Shown piece after piece: positions 19,583-26,834 of a stretch of 64,000 nucleotides of DNA. The stretch spans positions 28,593 to 92,592 of the forward strand of contig CAMJNS010000002.1 of NCBI GenBank assembly GCA_946407375.1. Direction: 5' to 3'. The translations under genes and the position numbers were made by a program. Numbering within the stretch: position 1 is the first letter of the stretch; the number at the start of each line of letters is the position of its first letter. This stretch comes from an uncultured bacterium (GTDB taxonomy: Bacteria; Muiribacteriota; Ozemobacteria; Ozemobacterales; Ozemobacteraceae). The notes under the pieces were generated by a model that saw only the letters and a program-made list of their open reading frames with translations, had not been told where the DNA came from and ran no database searches.

Positions 19583-20533
19583 CTACTTCGTTTTCCACTC
19601 AAGCCCAGCCTGATCATACGCCTGGTGAAGAATATTGTGTTCAATAATTTCACTACGGCTATCTTCTAAGTTATAAACTGCGGGGTGACCTGCTTCCGCA
19701 CGGCGCAATGCTTTTATAAACGCATTTTTCTGTTCACTCTGCGAGATTTTCGGATTTATCGCTGCTTGGAGCTCGGTTTTCAGGTCTTTCAAAAATGCAC
19801 ACAAATCAGCGAACTCATCTTCGATAAGATTCTTTGCGAGCCTTTCCGTCAGAATCTTACAAAGTTCTTTAGAAATTCTGACAGGGAAATCTCGCTCGGA
19901 CTTGATCCTCTCCCTCAAATCCTGCGGCACGGGATAATGATAAGCTCCGTATATATACCTGCCTTCCTTAAAACCGAAAGTGTCCGCGTCACGTTTGTCG
20001 GTCCGTTTCGTGAACTCAAAAACAATAGAGGAGTTCCTCATCACACTACCTACCGAAACGCTTTTTCGATAGACGCTGTAGCCCATATACTGGTCATAGT
20101 GGTCATAGACCCAACCGTCGTCGAGCATTTCCTGCTCCGGCTGTTCGGAAAAACGATACTCACGAATATCCATTGTGTAGCCAAAGATGTTTGAAATATT
20201 GGCGTTTGATTTCCATTCGACCGACGTGATTCGATAGAGTGCACCAGTCGCTTCCCATTCACTTTCCTCTTTGTATCTGAGCAGTTTGTTAAAAGCAATA
20301 TCCCACCTGTGAAAAGGATATGTAACTATTGTTTCACCGCTCTTTCCATAATAGACAGTGTCCTCGTCTATGGATACGGGTTTCGACCGGTCGCAGGTGA
20401 AGGCATACCAATCATCACTTATGCCGGCTTTTTTGCATTCTTCAAGAAACTGCTCCTTGGTTTTAATCTTACACTTGTCGAGCAATTCCTGTTCCCGCTT
20501 TGCATAATAAGCTTGCTGTTCTTCTTTTGTCAT
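19583..20533 (-). CDS. Hypothetical protein, compositionally foreign (high GC)
   Basis: 316-aa ORF. A hand count of 60 nt gave about 47% GC against about 30% in the flanks. No family recognised. Several long antisense shadow ORFs are consistent with the GC shift. Confidence 0.6.
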   Translation of the reverse strand: MTKEEQQAYYAKREQELLDKCKIKTKEQFLEECKKAGISDDWYAFTCDRSKPVSIDEDTVYYGKSGETIVTYPFHRWDIAFNKLLRYKEESEWEATGALYRITSVEWKSNANISNIFGYTMDIREYRFSEQPEQEMLDDGWVYDHYDQYMGYSVYRKSVSVGSVMRNSSIVFEFTKRTDKRDADTFGFKEGRYIYGAYHYPVPQDLRERIKSERDFPVRISKELCKILTERLAKNLIEDEFADLCAFLKDLKTELQAAINPKISQSEQKNAFIKALRRAEAGHPAVYNLEDSRSEIIEHNILHQAYDQAGLEWKTK

Positions 20534-20720
20534 TTGTTTTTCCCTTTGCGTATGCGATAGCCCTCTGATGGAGCTTTTAGAAAATTTTACTTTCCAAGAA
20601 ACTATAAGTCAAGGTTAATCAACTTGTTCTTCTTAGGTGATATTTTTGAAAGCAAATTCTTAATAAAAGTCATTGACACCAAATATGATACCAGCTATAA
20701 ATAAGTAAAAGGGTAATTAA

Positions 20721-20966
20721 ATGTCTAAATTTGAAAAGCTAATAAAACGTATTCATAATCTTTCTAATGACTTAAGATTTAGTGAAATCAAAAAGATATT
20801 AGAATTTTATGGTTATGTTATGACATCTCCAAGAGGTGGAAGCAGCCATTATACTTTTAGGAAGAAAAACTCTAATCCTATTACGGTTCCTAAACATGAA
20901 CCAATAAAAAAAGTTTATATTATTATGATTAAAAATATTATAGAAGGCGAAGAAAGCGATGACTAA
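20721..20966 (+). CDS. hicA: HicA mRNA interferase toxin
   Basis: 81 aa. ...GYVMTSPRGGSSHYTFRK...ITVPKHEPIKKVY... (HicA/YcfA pattern). 8-nt overlap with hicB. Confidence 0.8.
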   Translation: MSKFEKLIKRIHNLSNDLRFSEIKKILEFYGYVMTSPRGGSSHYTFRKKNSNPITVPKHEPIKKVYIIMIKNIIEGEESDD

Positions 20967-21345
20967 AAATTTAAAATATTATTTGTCTTTACCTTATAAA
21001 TTAGAAATTATACCAGATACAGAAGAAGGCGGTTTTTGTGCATCTTACCCTGAATTACCAGGTTGCGTAACCTGTGCCGAAACAATGGAACAAGTTATCG
21101 CCAACGCATTAGACGCAAAAAAGAATTGGTTAAAAGCAGCCCTAGAAGATGGAGTCACCATACAACTTCCTCAAAAAGAAAGAAACCTTAATGAATATTC
21201 AGGACAATTTAAACTCAGAATTCCTAAAAGTCTACATAAAGCATTAGCTGAACACTCTAAAAAAGAAGGAATTAGCATGAATCAATACTGCTTATATCTA
21301 TTAAGCAAATATAATGAATCTAGTCTTGTTCCAGAAGCAGATTAA
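20959..21345 (+). CDS. hicB: HicB family antitoxin with a C-terminal RHH-like DNA-binding tail
   Basis: EEGGFCASYPELPGCVTCAETMEQ...AKKNWL plus ...FKLRIPKSLHKALAEHSKKEGISMNQY. Confidence 0.8.
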   Translation: MTKNLKYYLSLPYKLEIIPDTEEGGFCASYPELPGCVTCAETMEQVIANALDAKKNWLKAALEDGVTIQLPQKERNLNEYSGQFKLRIPKSLHKALAEHSKKEGISMNQYCLYLLSKYNESSLVPEAD

Positions 21346-21416
21346 AGCTGCTTTGCTAAAAATAAAAGAATTAGAAAAAAATGGTGAAAAATCTACAGGC
21401 ACAGCTTAAGGCGGCG
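21346..21416 (+). pseudogene. Frameshifted remnant of the 3' end of the small coiled-coil ORF found intact at 22956-23123
   Basis: AGCTGCTTTGC.AA..ATAAAAGAA.TAGAA...ATGGTGAAAA.TCT...CACAGCTTAA..CGGCGT aligns to 23051-23120. It has one extra A in the A-run, which breaks the frame. Confidence 0.5.
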
Positions 21417-21716
21417 TAGTTGTTAGTAGTTATTTTACTAATGCCTCTCTTTGAGGTTATCTCTAAAAAAGATGCAGCCCCGCTATGCGGGGCTGCCGCC
21501 AAGGATGGAGGCGTGCAAGCGAGCCAAAAACAGGAAGTTTTTGATGTCGAATGTCTAGGATAGGCAACATTCGACAAAAGAGGTCAGCGAGTCGCTAAGC
21601 TGTCACGAAGTGACTGACGACCAACAGGAGGTTGGGAGTGCAAGCGAGCGCCAGGATGGCAAGCGAGTCGTAAGGGGGAGCAATGCAACGCATTGCGTAA
21701 ACGGAGTGGTGACCGA
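21417..21716 (+). repeat. GC-rich modular hairpin-array repeat, forward orientation
   Basis: Starts TAGTTGTTAGTAGTTATTTT, ACTAATGCCTCT..TTGAGG. Then hairpins GCAGCCCCGC/GCGGGGCTGC, GTCGAATGT/ACATTCGAC, GTCAC-GAA-GTGAC. Ends GGGGGAGCAATGCAACGCATTGC...GGTGAC. Reverse-complement relative of 28103-28332. Confidence 0.7.
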
Positions 21717-21897
21717 ATCAGAGTAAACCTTGTTTAGTGATAGCGTATTATAAAATAATATATTTCGATTTAGAATAAAGCTATAATATGAAAATTTAAA
21801 TCTAACTTAAACTTATACCTAAGAATTAGAGCAAATAAATATTTACCTGTATTTTCAATATAAAAACTATTATATACTATTAAGTTAGGGAGTAAAT

Positions 21898-22920
21898 ATG
21901 TCTGAAATTAGTCAAAATGAAATAACTTTTTATAATTCTCCTGATGGGAAAGTAACCATTGAAGTTTTATATGCAGATGAAAATATTTGGCTTACCCAAA
22001 AGAAAATGGCTGAATTGTTTGAAACTACACCTCAAAATATAACTTTACATTTAAAGCATATTTATGAAGAAAACGAATTACAAAAAGATTCAACTTGTAA
22101 GGATTACTTACAAGTTCAAAACGAAGGTTCTAGAAAGGTTTCTAGAAATTTAACCTATTATTCTTTAGACGCAATCATTGCTGTAGGTTATAGAGTAAAA
22201 TCAGAAAGAGGTACTCAATTTAGACAATGGGCTACTTCAATTTTGCAGAAATATATTCATAAAGGTTATGTTTTAGACAATTATCGTTTTAAATATGGAT
22301 CTAAATTTAGCACAAGATTTTTTGATGATTTATTAGAAGAAATCAGAGACATTCGTTCTAGTGAAAGAATGGCGTATCAGAAAATAACAGACATATACGC
22401 AACCTCAATTGATTATTCTCCTAACACAGATTTATCTAAACAATTTTTTTCAACAGTTCAAAATAAATTGCATTTCGCAATAACAGGTAAGACGGCAGCA
22501 GAAATAATAAAAGAGAGAGCAGATAGCTCTAAACCCAATATGGGTTTAACTTCCTGGCGAAAAGGACCGAATGGGAAAATTTTGCAAAGTGATGTCGTAA
22601 TAGCAAAAAATTATTTAACAAAAGAAGAATTAGATTACTTAAATAGAATTGTATCTATGTATCTTGATTATGCAGAAATGCAAGCCATTAAAAGACAACC
22701 TATGTATATGAAAGATTGGGTAAAAAAATTAGACGCTTTTTTGAAGTTTAATGAAGAAGAAATATTGACCAATGCAGGGAAAGTTACTCATGAAGTTGCA
22801 GAATCTCTTGCTATAACTGAATTAAAAAAATATAAAATAATACAAGATAAAAAATATGTGTCTGATTTTGATAAAGAAATTGAAGAACTCAAAAAAATTG
22901 AAAAGAAAAAACAGGTATAA
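21898..22920 (+). CDS. RhuM family virulence-associated protein
   Basis: ITFYNSPDGKVTIEVLYADENIWLTQKKMAELF...NITLHLKHIYEE.EL...YSLDAIIAVGYRVKSERGTQFRQWAT is the characteristic RhuM N-terminal region. AGGGAG RBS. Confidence 0.8.
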   Translation: MSEISQNEITFYNSPDGKVTIEVLYADENIWLTQKKMAELFETTPQNITLHLKHIYEENELQKDSTCKDYLQVQNEGSRKVSRNLTYYSLDAIIAVGYRVKSERGTQFRQWATSILQKYIHKGYVLDNYRFKYGSKFSTRFFDDLLEEIRDIRSSERMAYQKITDIYATSIDYSPNTDLSKQFFSTVQNKLHFAITGKTAAEIIKERADSSKPNMGLTSWRKGPNGKILQSDVVIAKNYLTKEELDYLNRIVSMYLDYAEMQAIKRQPMYMKDWVKKLDAFLKFNEEEILTNAGKVTHEVAESLAITELKKYKIIQDKKYVSDFDKEIEELKKIEKKKQV

Positions 22921-22955
22921 ATCTGAAAATCAACAAAGAACAGAAGAAAATAGAT

Positions 22956-23123
22956 ATGTGCCAGGCTATGAAAGAAATAATAGAAGATGCAAAAAAAGAA
23001 GCTGTCAAAGCTGAAAAAGAAAAAACTAAAGCCGAAAAGGCAAAGAACAAAGCTGCTTTGCAACGAATAAAAGAACTAGAAGAAATGGTGAAAAGTCTTA
23101 AAGCACAGCTTAAAACGGCGTGA
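22956..23123 (+). CDS. Small (55 aa) K/E-rich coiled-coil ORF, below the ORF-track cutoff
   Basis: Hand translation: MCQAMKEIIEDAKKEAVKAEKEKTKAEKAKNKAALQRIKELEEMVKSLKAQLKTA*. Its 3' end is repeated after hicB. Weak RBS. Confidence 0.4.
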   Translation: MCQAMKEIIEDAKKEAVKAEKEKTKAEKAKNKAALQRIKELEEMVKSLKAQLKTA

Positions 23124-23195
23124 GTTGGTAGTTGTTGTCCTAATGCTTCTACTTGAGGTGAAGTGGCACGTAGTGCTGAAAGGGTGACCTAACTA
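23123..23195 (+). repeat. Short copy of the repeat-family head (GTTGGTAGTTGTTG + CTAATGCTTCT..TTGAGG + one hairpin)
   Basis: AGTTGGTAGTTGTTGTCCTAATGCTTCTACTTGAGGTG aligns to 21417-21458. Followed by the GCAC-GTA-GTGC hairpin. Confidence 0.5.
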
Positions 23196-23207
23196 GCAAA
23201 TCTAAAA

Positions 23208-23540
23208 CTAATTAATAATATTTGATAAAATATAATCTAAATTACAACGACTATACACAATCCTTAATATATAAATCATTTTTTCTTTCTTTTCTGGTAA
23301 ATAAAACAATGTATAGTTGTCTATATATTTTCTTCTAATTCCCTTTTTCCTAATCAAATCGTTATTAACAAGCTCGCCACTATTAGGGAAAAGTCTTATA
23401 TCATCTATTACTTTTGATAGTTTTGATAAAAAGTCTGAAGCAACTTGTTTGCTTTTCAATTCATTTATAAAATATGAGATAATTTCATCTAAATCATTTT
23501 CAGAAATATCTGTAAATTTGTAAGAATAATTATATTTCAT
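23208..23540 (-). CDS. RelE/ParE family toxin
   Basis: 110 aa. ...SENDLDEIISYF...FPNSGELV...IRRKYIDNYTLFYLPEKKEKMIYILRIVYSR follows the ParE/RelE pattern. 11-nt overlap with the antitoxin. Confidence 0.75.
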   Translation of the reverse strand: MKYNYSYKFTDISENDLDEIISYFINELKSKQVASDFLSKLSKVIDDIRLFPNSGELVNNDLIRKKGIRRKYIDNYTLFYLPEKKEKMIYILRIVYSRCNLDYILSNIIN

Positions 23541-23787
23541 ATTTCTTCTTAATATTATTTAAAACATTTGCTCCTTCTTTAACTTTACCCTTTTTTAAAT
23601 CTTCAAGACCTTCATTAATTTGTTTTGCTTCTAATACTTTTTTTAAGGTTTTTTCATAATAATCAATATTCATTACAACTAACTTTCCATAACCATTTTT
23701 GGTAATGAAAACAGGTCCATCAGATTCATTACATAATTTTTCAATTTTTACAGTATCTTTTAAATCTCTCATTGGAACGATATACAT
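23530..23787 (-). CDS. Phd/YefM family antitoxin
   Basis: 85 aa. ...MRDLKDTVKIEKL...GPVFITKNGYGKLVVMNIDYYEK. Confidence 0.75.
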   Translation of the reverse strand: MYIVPMRDLKDTVKIEKLCNESDGPVFITKNGYGKLVVMNIDYYEKTLKKVLEAKQINEGLEDLKKGKVKEGANVLNNIKKKYEI

Positions 23788-23940
23788 TTTAAGCTCCAGA
23801 TAACATATTAATATACCAAATTATACCTAAATTTAGCCACATCGTCAAATCAACGTTATTGCTTCGACATCCTAAATGGGTTATTTACTATATAATTGGA
23901 ACTAATATTTTAAAGCCTTCTTTATCGAAGAACCTACCCA

Positions 23941-24153
23941 AAAGTAGATCTTCCCCCTTTGGATGTTGTCCGAAAACTTGAAATTTCCTGTAAAATTAAT
24001 ATTACTTTTTTTGTAGTCTTCACATTGTCATAAACGTATAGCTTTCAGGGCAAGCCCATACGCTATACTTTTTATGACAAATGTGTAGACAATCAGTATA
24101 ATCCTAATTTGGGTTAATAATTAGTTTTCGGACAAGCTCTTTGGGGAAGGGGG
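23941..24153. repeat. Nested inverted-repeat (MITE-like or structured-RNA-like) element
   Basis: Outer arms: ...CTTCCCCCTTTGG-ATG-TTGTCCGAAAAC (to 23977) versus GTTTTCGGACAA-GCT-CTTTGGGGAAGGGGG (24124-24153). Inner hairpin: 24021-24042 versus 24062-24085. Shares exact 20-22-nt strings with 34466-34485 and 36579-36600. Confidence 0.6.
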
Positions 24154-24237
24154 ATTTTGCGTTACAAGATGTAAGCCATATATCAACTCAAGTTAACTGT
24201 CTTCTGATTTAGAAAAAATATTTTTATAAAACCCTGT

Positions 24238-24282
24238 TTAAGGGGGTAATTTTTGCAAAATCATCAAAATTTACCCCCTTAA
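24238..24282. repeat. Perfect 12-bp inverted repeat with a 21-nt spacer
   Basis: TTAAGGGGGTAA (24238-24249) and TTACCCCCTTAA (24271-24282). The G5/C5 cores stand out in AT-rich DNA. Confidence 0.5.
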
Positions 24283-24552
24283 CTTGCAAATAACGAAATA
24301 AAACATTTTAAGAAAAAGTATTGTTTGTAATTATTGTAGTTGGTAGTTGTTGTTTTTATAGTTAGAGAATAGGCAAAAAATAATAAATCTAACAAAGTTA
24401 TTCAAGGCTTAATTTTATAAAATAAAACAATCAGAAAAATGAACAAATTTAAAGAATTAAAATATTTTAGTTTATTACTAAAGAAATGCGGTTGTTGCAA
24501 CTTTATTTTATACTAACTTCTAGATGCTTTTAATTATTAAAAACATAAAAAA

Positions 24553-24795
24553 TCATTTAATTTCTTGTTCCAAATTATCAAATTCAGGAGTAGAAAAAAA
24601 TTCACCTAAAGAAATGTCGAAACCATCGCATAGCTTTTTTATTGTAACAATTCCAGGATTTTTACTTTCTCCAAGCAATATGCTTTTTATTGTTGCTTGA
24701 GGTACAGCCGAAATATAGCTAATCTTGTTTGGAGTAACTCCCTTAGCTTTGCATAACTGTTTTATTCTATAGCCAACGGCTTCGCAAGTATTCAT
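24553..24795 (-). CDS. XRE-family helix-turn-helix transcriptional regulator
   Basis: VGYRIKQLCKAKGVTPNKISYISAVPQATIKSIL.GESKNP...IKKLCDGFDISLGEFF is a Cro/C1-type HTH. ATG at 24795 preferred over the TTG at 24828. Confidence 0.75.
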   Translation of the reverse strand: MNTCEAVGYRIKQLCKAKGVTPNKISYISAVPQATIKSILLGESKNPGIVTIKKLCDGFDISLGEFFSTPEFDNLEQEIK

Positions 24796-24840
24796 AATTT
24801 CGTTTAGATTGAAATTATGATAAAGCAAAAAATTATTAAA

Positions 24841-24860
24841 ATTAGTGATATATCACTAAT
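24841..24860. promoter_or_regulatory. Perfect 20-bp palindrome, candidate operator in the divergent XRE / HsdR_N promoter region
   Basis: ATTAGTGATATATCACTAAT is its own reverse complement. It lies between the divergently transcribed genes at 24795 and 24978. Confidence 0.5.
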
Positions 24861-24977
24861 TTTATGTTATATTTGGGAAGACTGAAATTCCCTTATCAAT
24901 TCTTGTATAAAATCAAGTGTTTATCAAATTTTAGGGAACTTTATTTGTTAAAAATATAGTATTCTGGAGATTAATCT

Positions 24978-26216
24978 ATGCTCGATAAAATTAGAAAAAC
25001 AGTAGAACAAATATGCGAAAGAATTGATGCTGTAAAAGGTAGAGGAGAAGAAGCAACGAAACAGGCTCTGGTTTATCCGATGTTAGAGGCTTTAGGTTAT
25101 AACATTTGGTTGCCTACAGAAGTATGTCCAGAATACGAAGCAGATTTTGCTATAAAGAAAAATGGACAAAAGGAAAAAGTAGATATAGCTATTTTAAAAG
25201 ATAATATTCCTCAGATATTTGTAGAGGTAAAATCGATAGATGTAAATCTAGATGGTCACGAAGGACAATTAGCAAGATATTTTAATTCTTGTAATTCGGT
25301 AACTTTGGGTATTTTAACAAATGGAATAGAATGGCGATTCTTTACCGATACTATAACAGAAAATGTTATGGATTCTAAACCTTTCCATATTGCAAAACTA
25401 GACAATACGGATAATGGAATCGAAGTATTGCCTAAATTTTCTAAGACTCAATTTTCACCTACTAGTATAAATGAATATGCTACAGAACTTTTATATACTG
25501 CAAAAATTGCAGAATTTCTAAAATCTGAAATAGATTTAAAAGATCAATCTCCAAGTGAATATTTAATTAGATGGGTTTTAAAATCTCCAAATATGTTTGA
25601 TGGTATTGTTAACGCAAATACAGTTGAAAGATTTAAGGGAATAACAAAATCTGCTTTATCAAGAGTGATAAGACAGATAGTAAGACGTTCTATATCTGCA
25701 ATGGATGATGAAGTTTCTAAACCAGAAGAACCTCAACAAACAAAACCTACATTATCTGAAAACGCAGTAAATATAGAACAGGAAGCAAAAGATAACAATA
25801 GTACAAATCCTAATATAATAACAACAGAAAGAGAATTAAAATTTTTCGATAATATCAAAAAAATATTTGAAGAAGCTGGTTATGCTGGAAAATTTATATA
25901 CGAACCAGGGAAAAGACAGAATGTTCCTATTGAATTAGCTTATAAGGACACAACTGCTTATTTTGGAGTTTATTTAAATAAACCTGCTTGGTGGTTTGTT
26001 AGAGGATATATTGAAAACAAAACTCCATGGCTTGGATTTAATTTACCTACAGAAATTGCAGAACCACTAATTTCAGATAAATCTTCCATTTTACCTTTTA
26101 ATACCTTTCCTGGAGTTAGAGTAGCAATTAATTCAGTTGATGATGTGTTTAAATTTAAAAATTTAGTTGTAGCATCTATTGAAGCTACTATTAAACAGAG
26201 AAATACTGAAAATTAA
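24978..26216 (+). CDS. HsdR_N (type I restriction enzyme R N-terminal, PD-(D/E)XK) domain protein with an unknown C-terminal half
   Basis: EEATKQALVYPMLEALGY...EADFAI...VDIAIL...IFVEVKS...QLARYF...GILTNGIEWRFF. No helicase or methylase domain nearby. Confidence 0.6.
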   Translation: MLDKIRKTVEQICERIDAVKGRGEEATKQALVYPMLEALGYNIWLPTEVCPEYEADFAIKKNGQKEKVDIAILKDNIPQIFVEVKSIDVNLDGHEGQLARYFNSCNSVTLGILTNGIEWRFFTDTITENVMDSKPFHIAKLDNTDNGIEVLPKFSKTQFSPTSINEYATELLYTAKIAEFLKSEIDLKDQSPSEYLIRWVLKSPNMFDGIVNANTVERFKGITKSALSRVIRQIVRRSISAMDDEVSKPEEPQQTKPTLSENAVNIEQEAKDNNSTNPNIITTERELKFFDNIKKIFEEAGYAGKFIYEPGKRQNVPIELAYKDTTAYFGVYLNKPAWWFVRGYIENKTPWLGFNLPTEIAEPLISDKSSILPFNTFPGVRVAINSVDDVFKFKNLVVASIEATIKQRNTEN

Positions 26217-26230
26217 TAATTAATTTAATA

Positions 26231-26270
26231 AAAAATAGCTATAATATTCAAAATAATAGCTATTTTTTTA
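26231..26270 (+). terminator. Rho-independent terminator (bidirectional-looking)
   Basis: ATAGCTAT (26235-26242) pairs with ATAGCTAT (26256-26263), followed by a T-run. An A-run precedes. Confidence 0.6.
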
Positions 26271-26323
26271 TAATAAATTTATTTTAAATTTTAATATTAT
26301 GGATTTTTATTCAAGCAATCAAT

Positions 26324-26829
26324 TTATATCTTAACCTTATTGCTTTGCTGGTCTACAAAATTAAATTTGTTATTAGGTTTGCGTATCCAAAGTTTATCAA
26401 TATTAAATTTATGTTTTTCCATAACTTTTCTACAATTATTGTCTAATTTACAGAAATCACGCTTAAAATCAGACTTGCTTTTACTTTATGTAATATCGAT
26501 TACATTTTTCACATTGGTAGCACGTAATAATTCTTCTTCTAAGTTTTGAACTTGTGGAATCGTAATTATTTCAGGCTTATAGCAATACTTTTTTACAGAA
26601 TTTATATTATCTTTCAATATAGTTACATTAGTATCAATGTCTGTATCAAAAACAAAGACTATGCGACTACGTTCTTTTATTCCAATCAAAATAGAAGTTT
26701 TATCTTACTTTGAACCACATTCAATACTGTAACTTTTCCAGCAGTTAATAAAGCAGGATTTTCCTTTAAAGCATTTATTAATATTTTTTCGCAAGAACCT
26801 TCAACAAAATAATAACAATTTCTATTCAT
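26324..26829 (-). pseudogene. Disrupted small TOPRIM-like gene (RloB/DUF4435-like partner of the upstream ATPase)
   Basis: Hand translation. ATG at 26829: MNRNCYYFVEGSCEKILINAL...KLLF* stops at 26686. It continues in another frame as (L)IGIKERSRIVFVFDTDIDT...VIDIT, then an in-frame TAA at 26486-26488, then 57 more sense codons to 26324. The xVEG and VFDTD motifs fit TOPRIM Glu and DxD. Confidence 0.6.
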
Positions 26830-26834
26830 GGTTA

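Noticed and set aside
19685-20560. Three long ORFs (169, 82 and 83 aa) overlapping the high-GC gene on either strand
   Set aside because: These are shadow ORFs typical of a locally GC-enriched region, which has fewer stop codons. The 316-aa minus-strand ORF spans the whole interval and is the parsimonious gene.
21371-21577. 68-aa ORF on the minus strand (MSNVAYPRHSTSK...)
   Set aside because: It lies entirely within the GC-rich hairpin-array repeat. It has no RBS, a Pro/Ala/Ser/Cys-rich nonsense-like composition, and the open frame is explained by the local GC richness.
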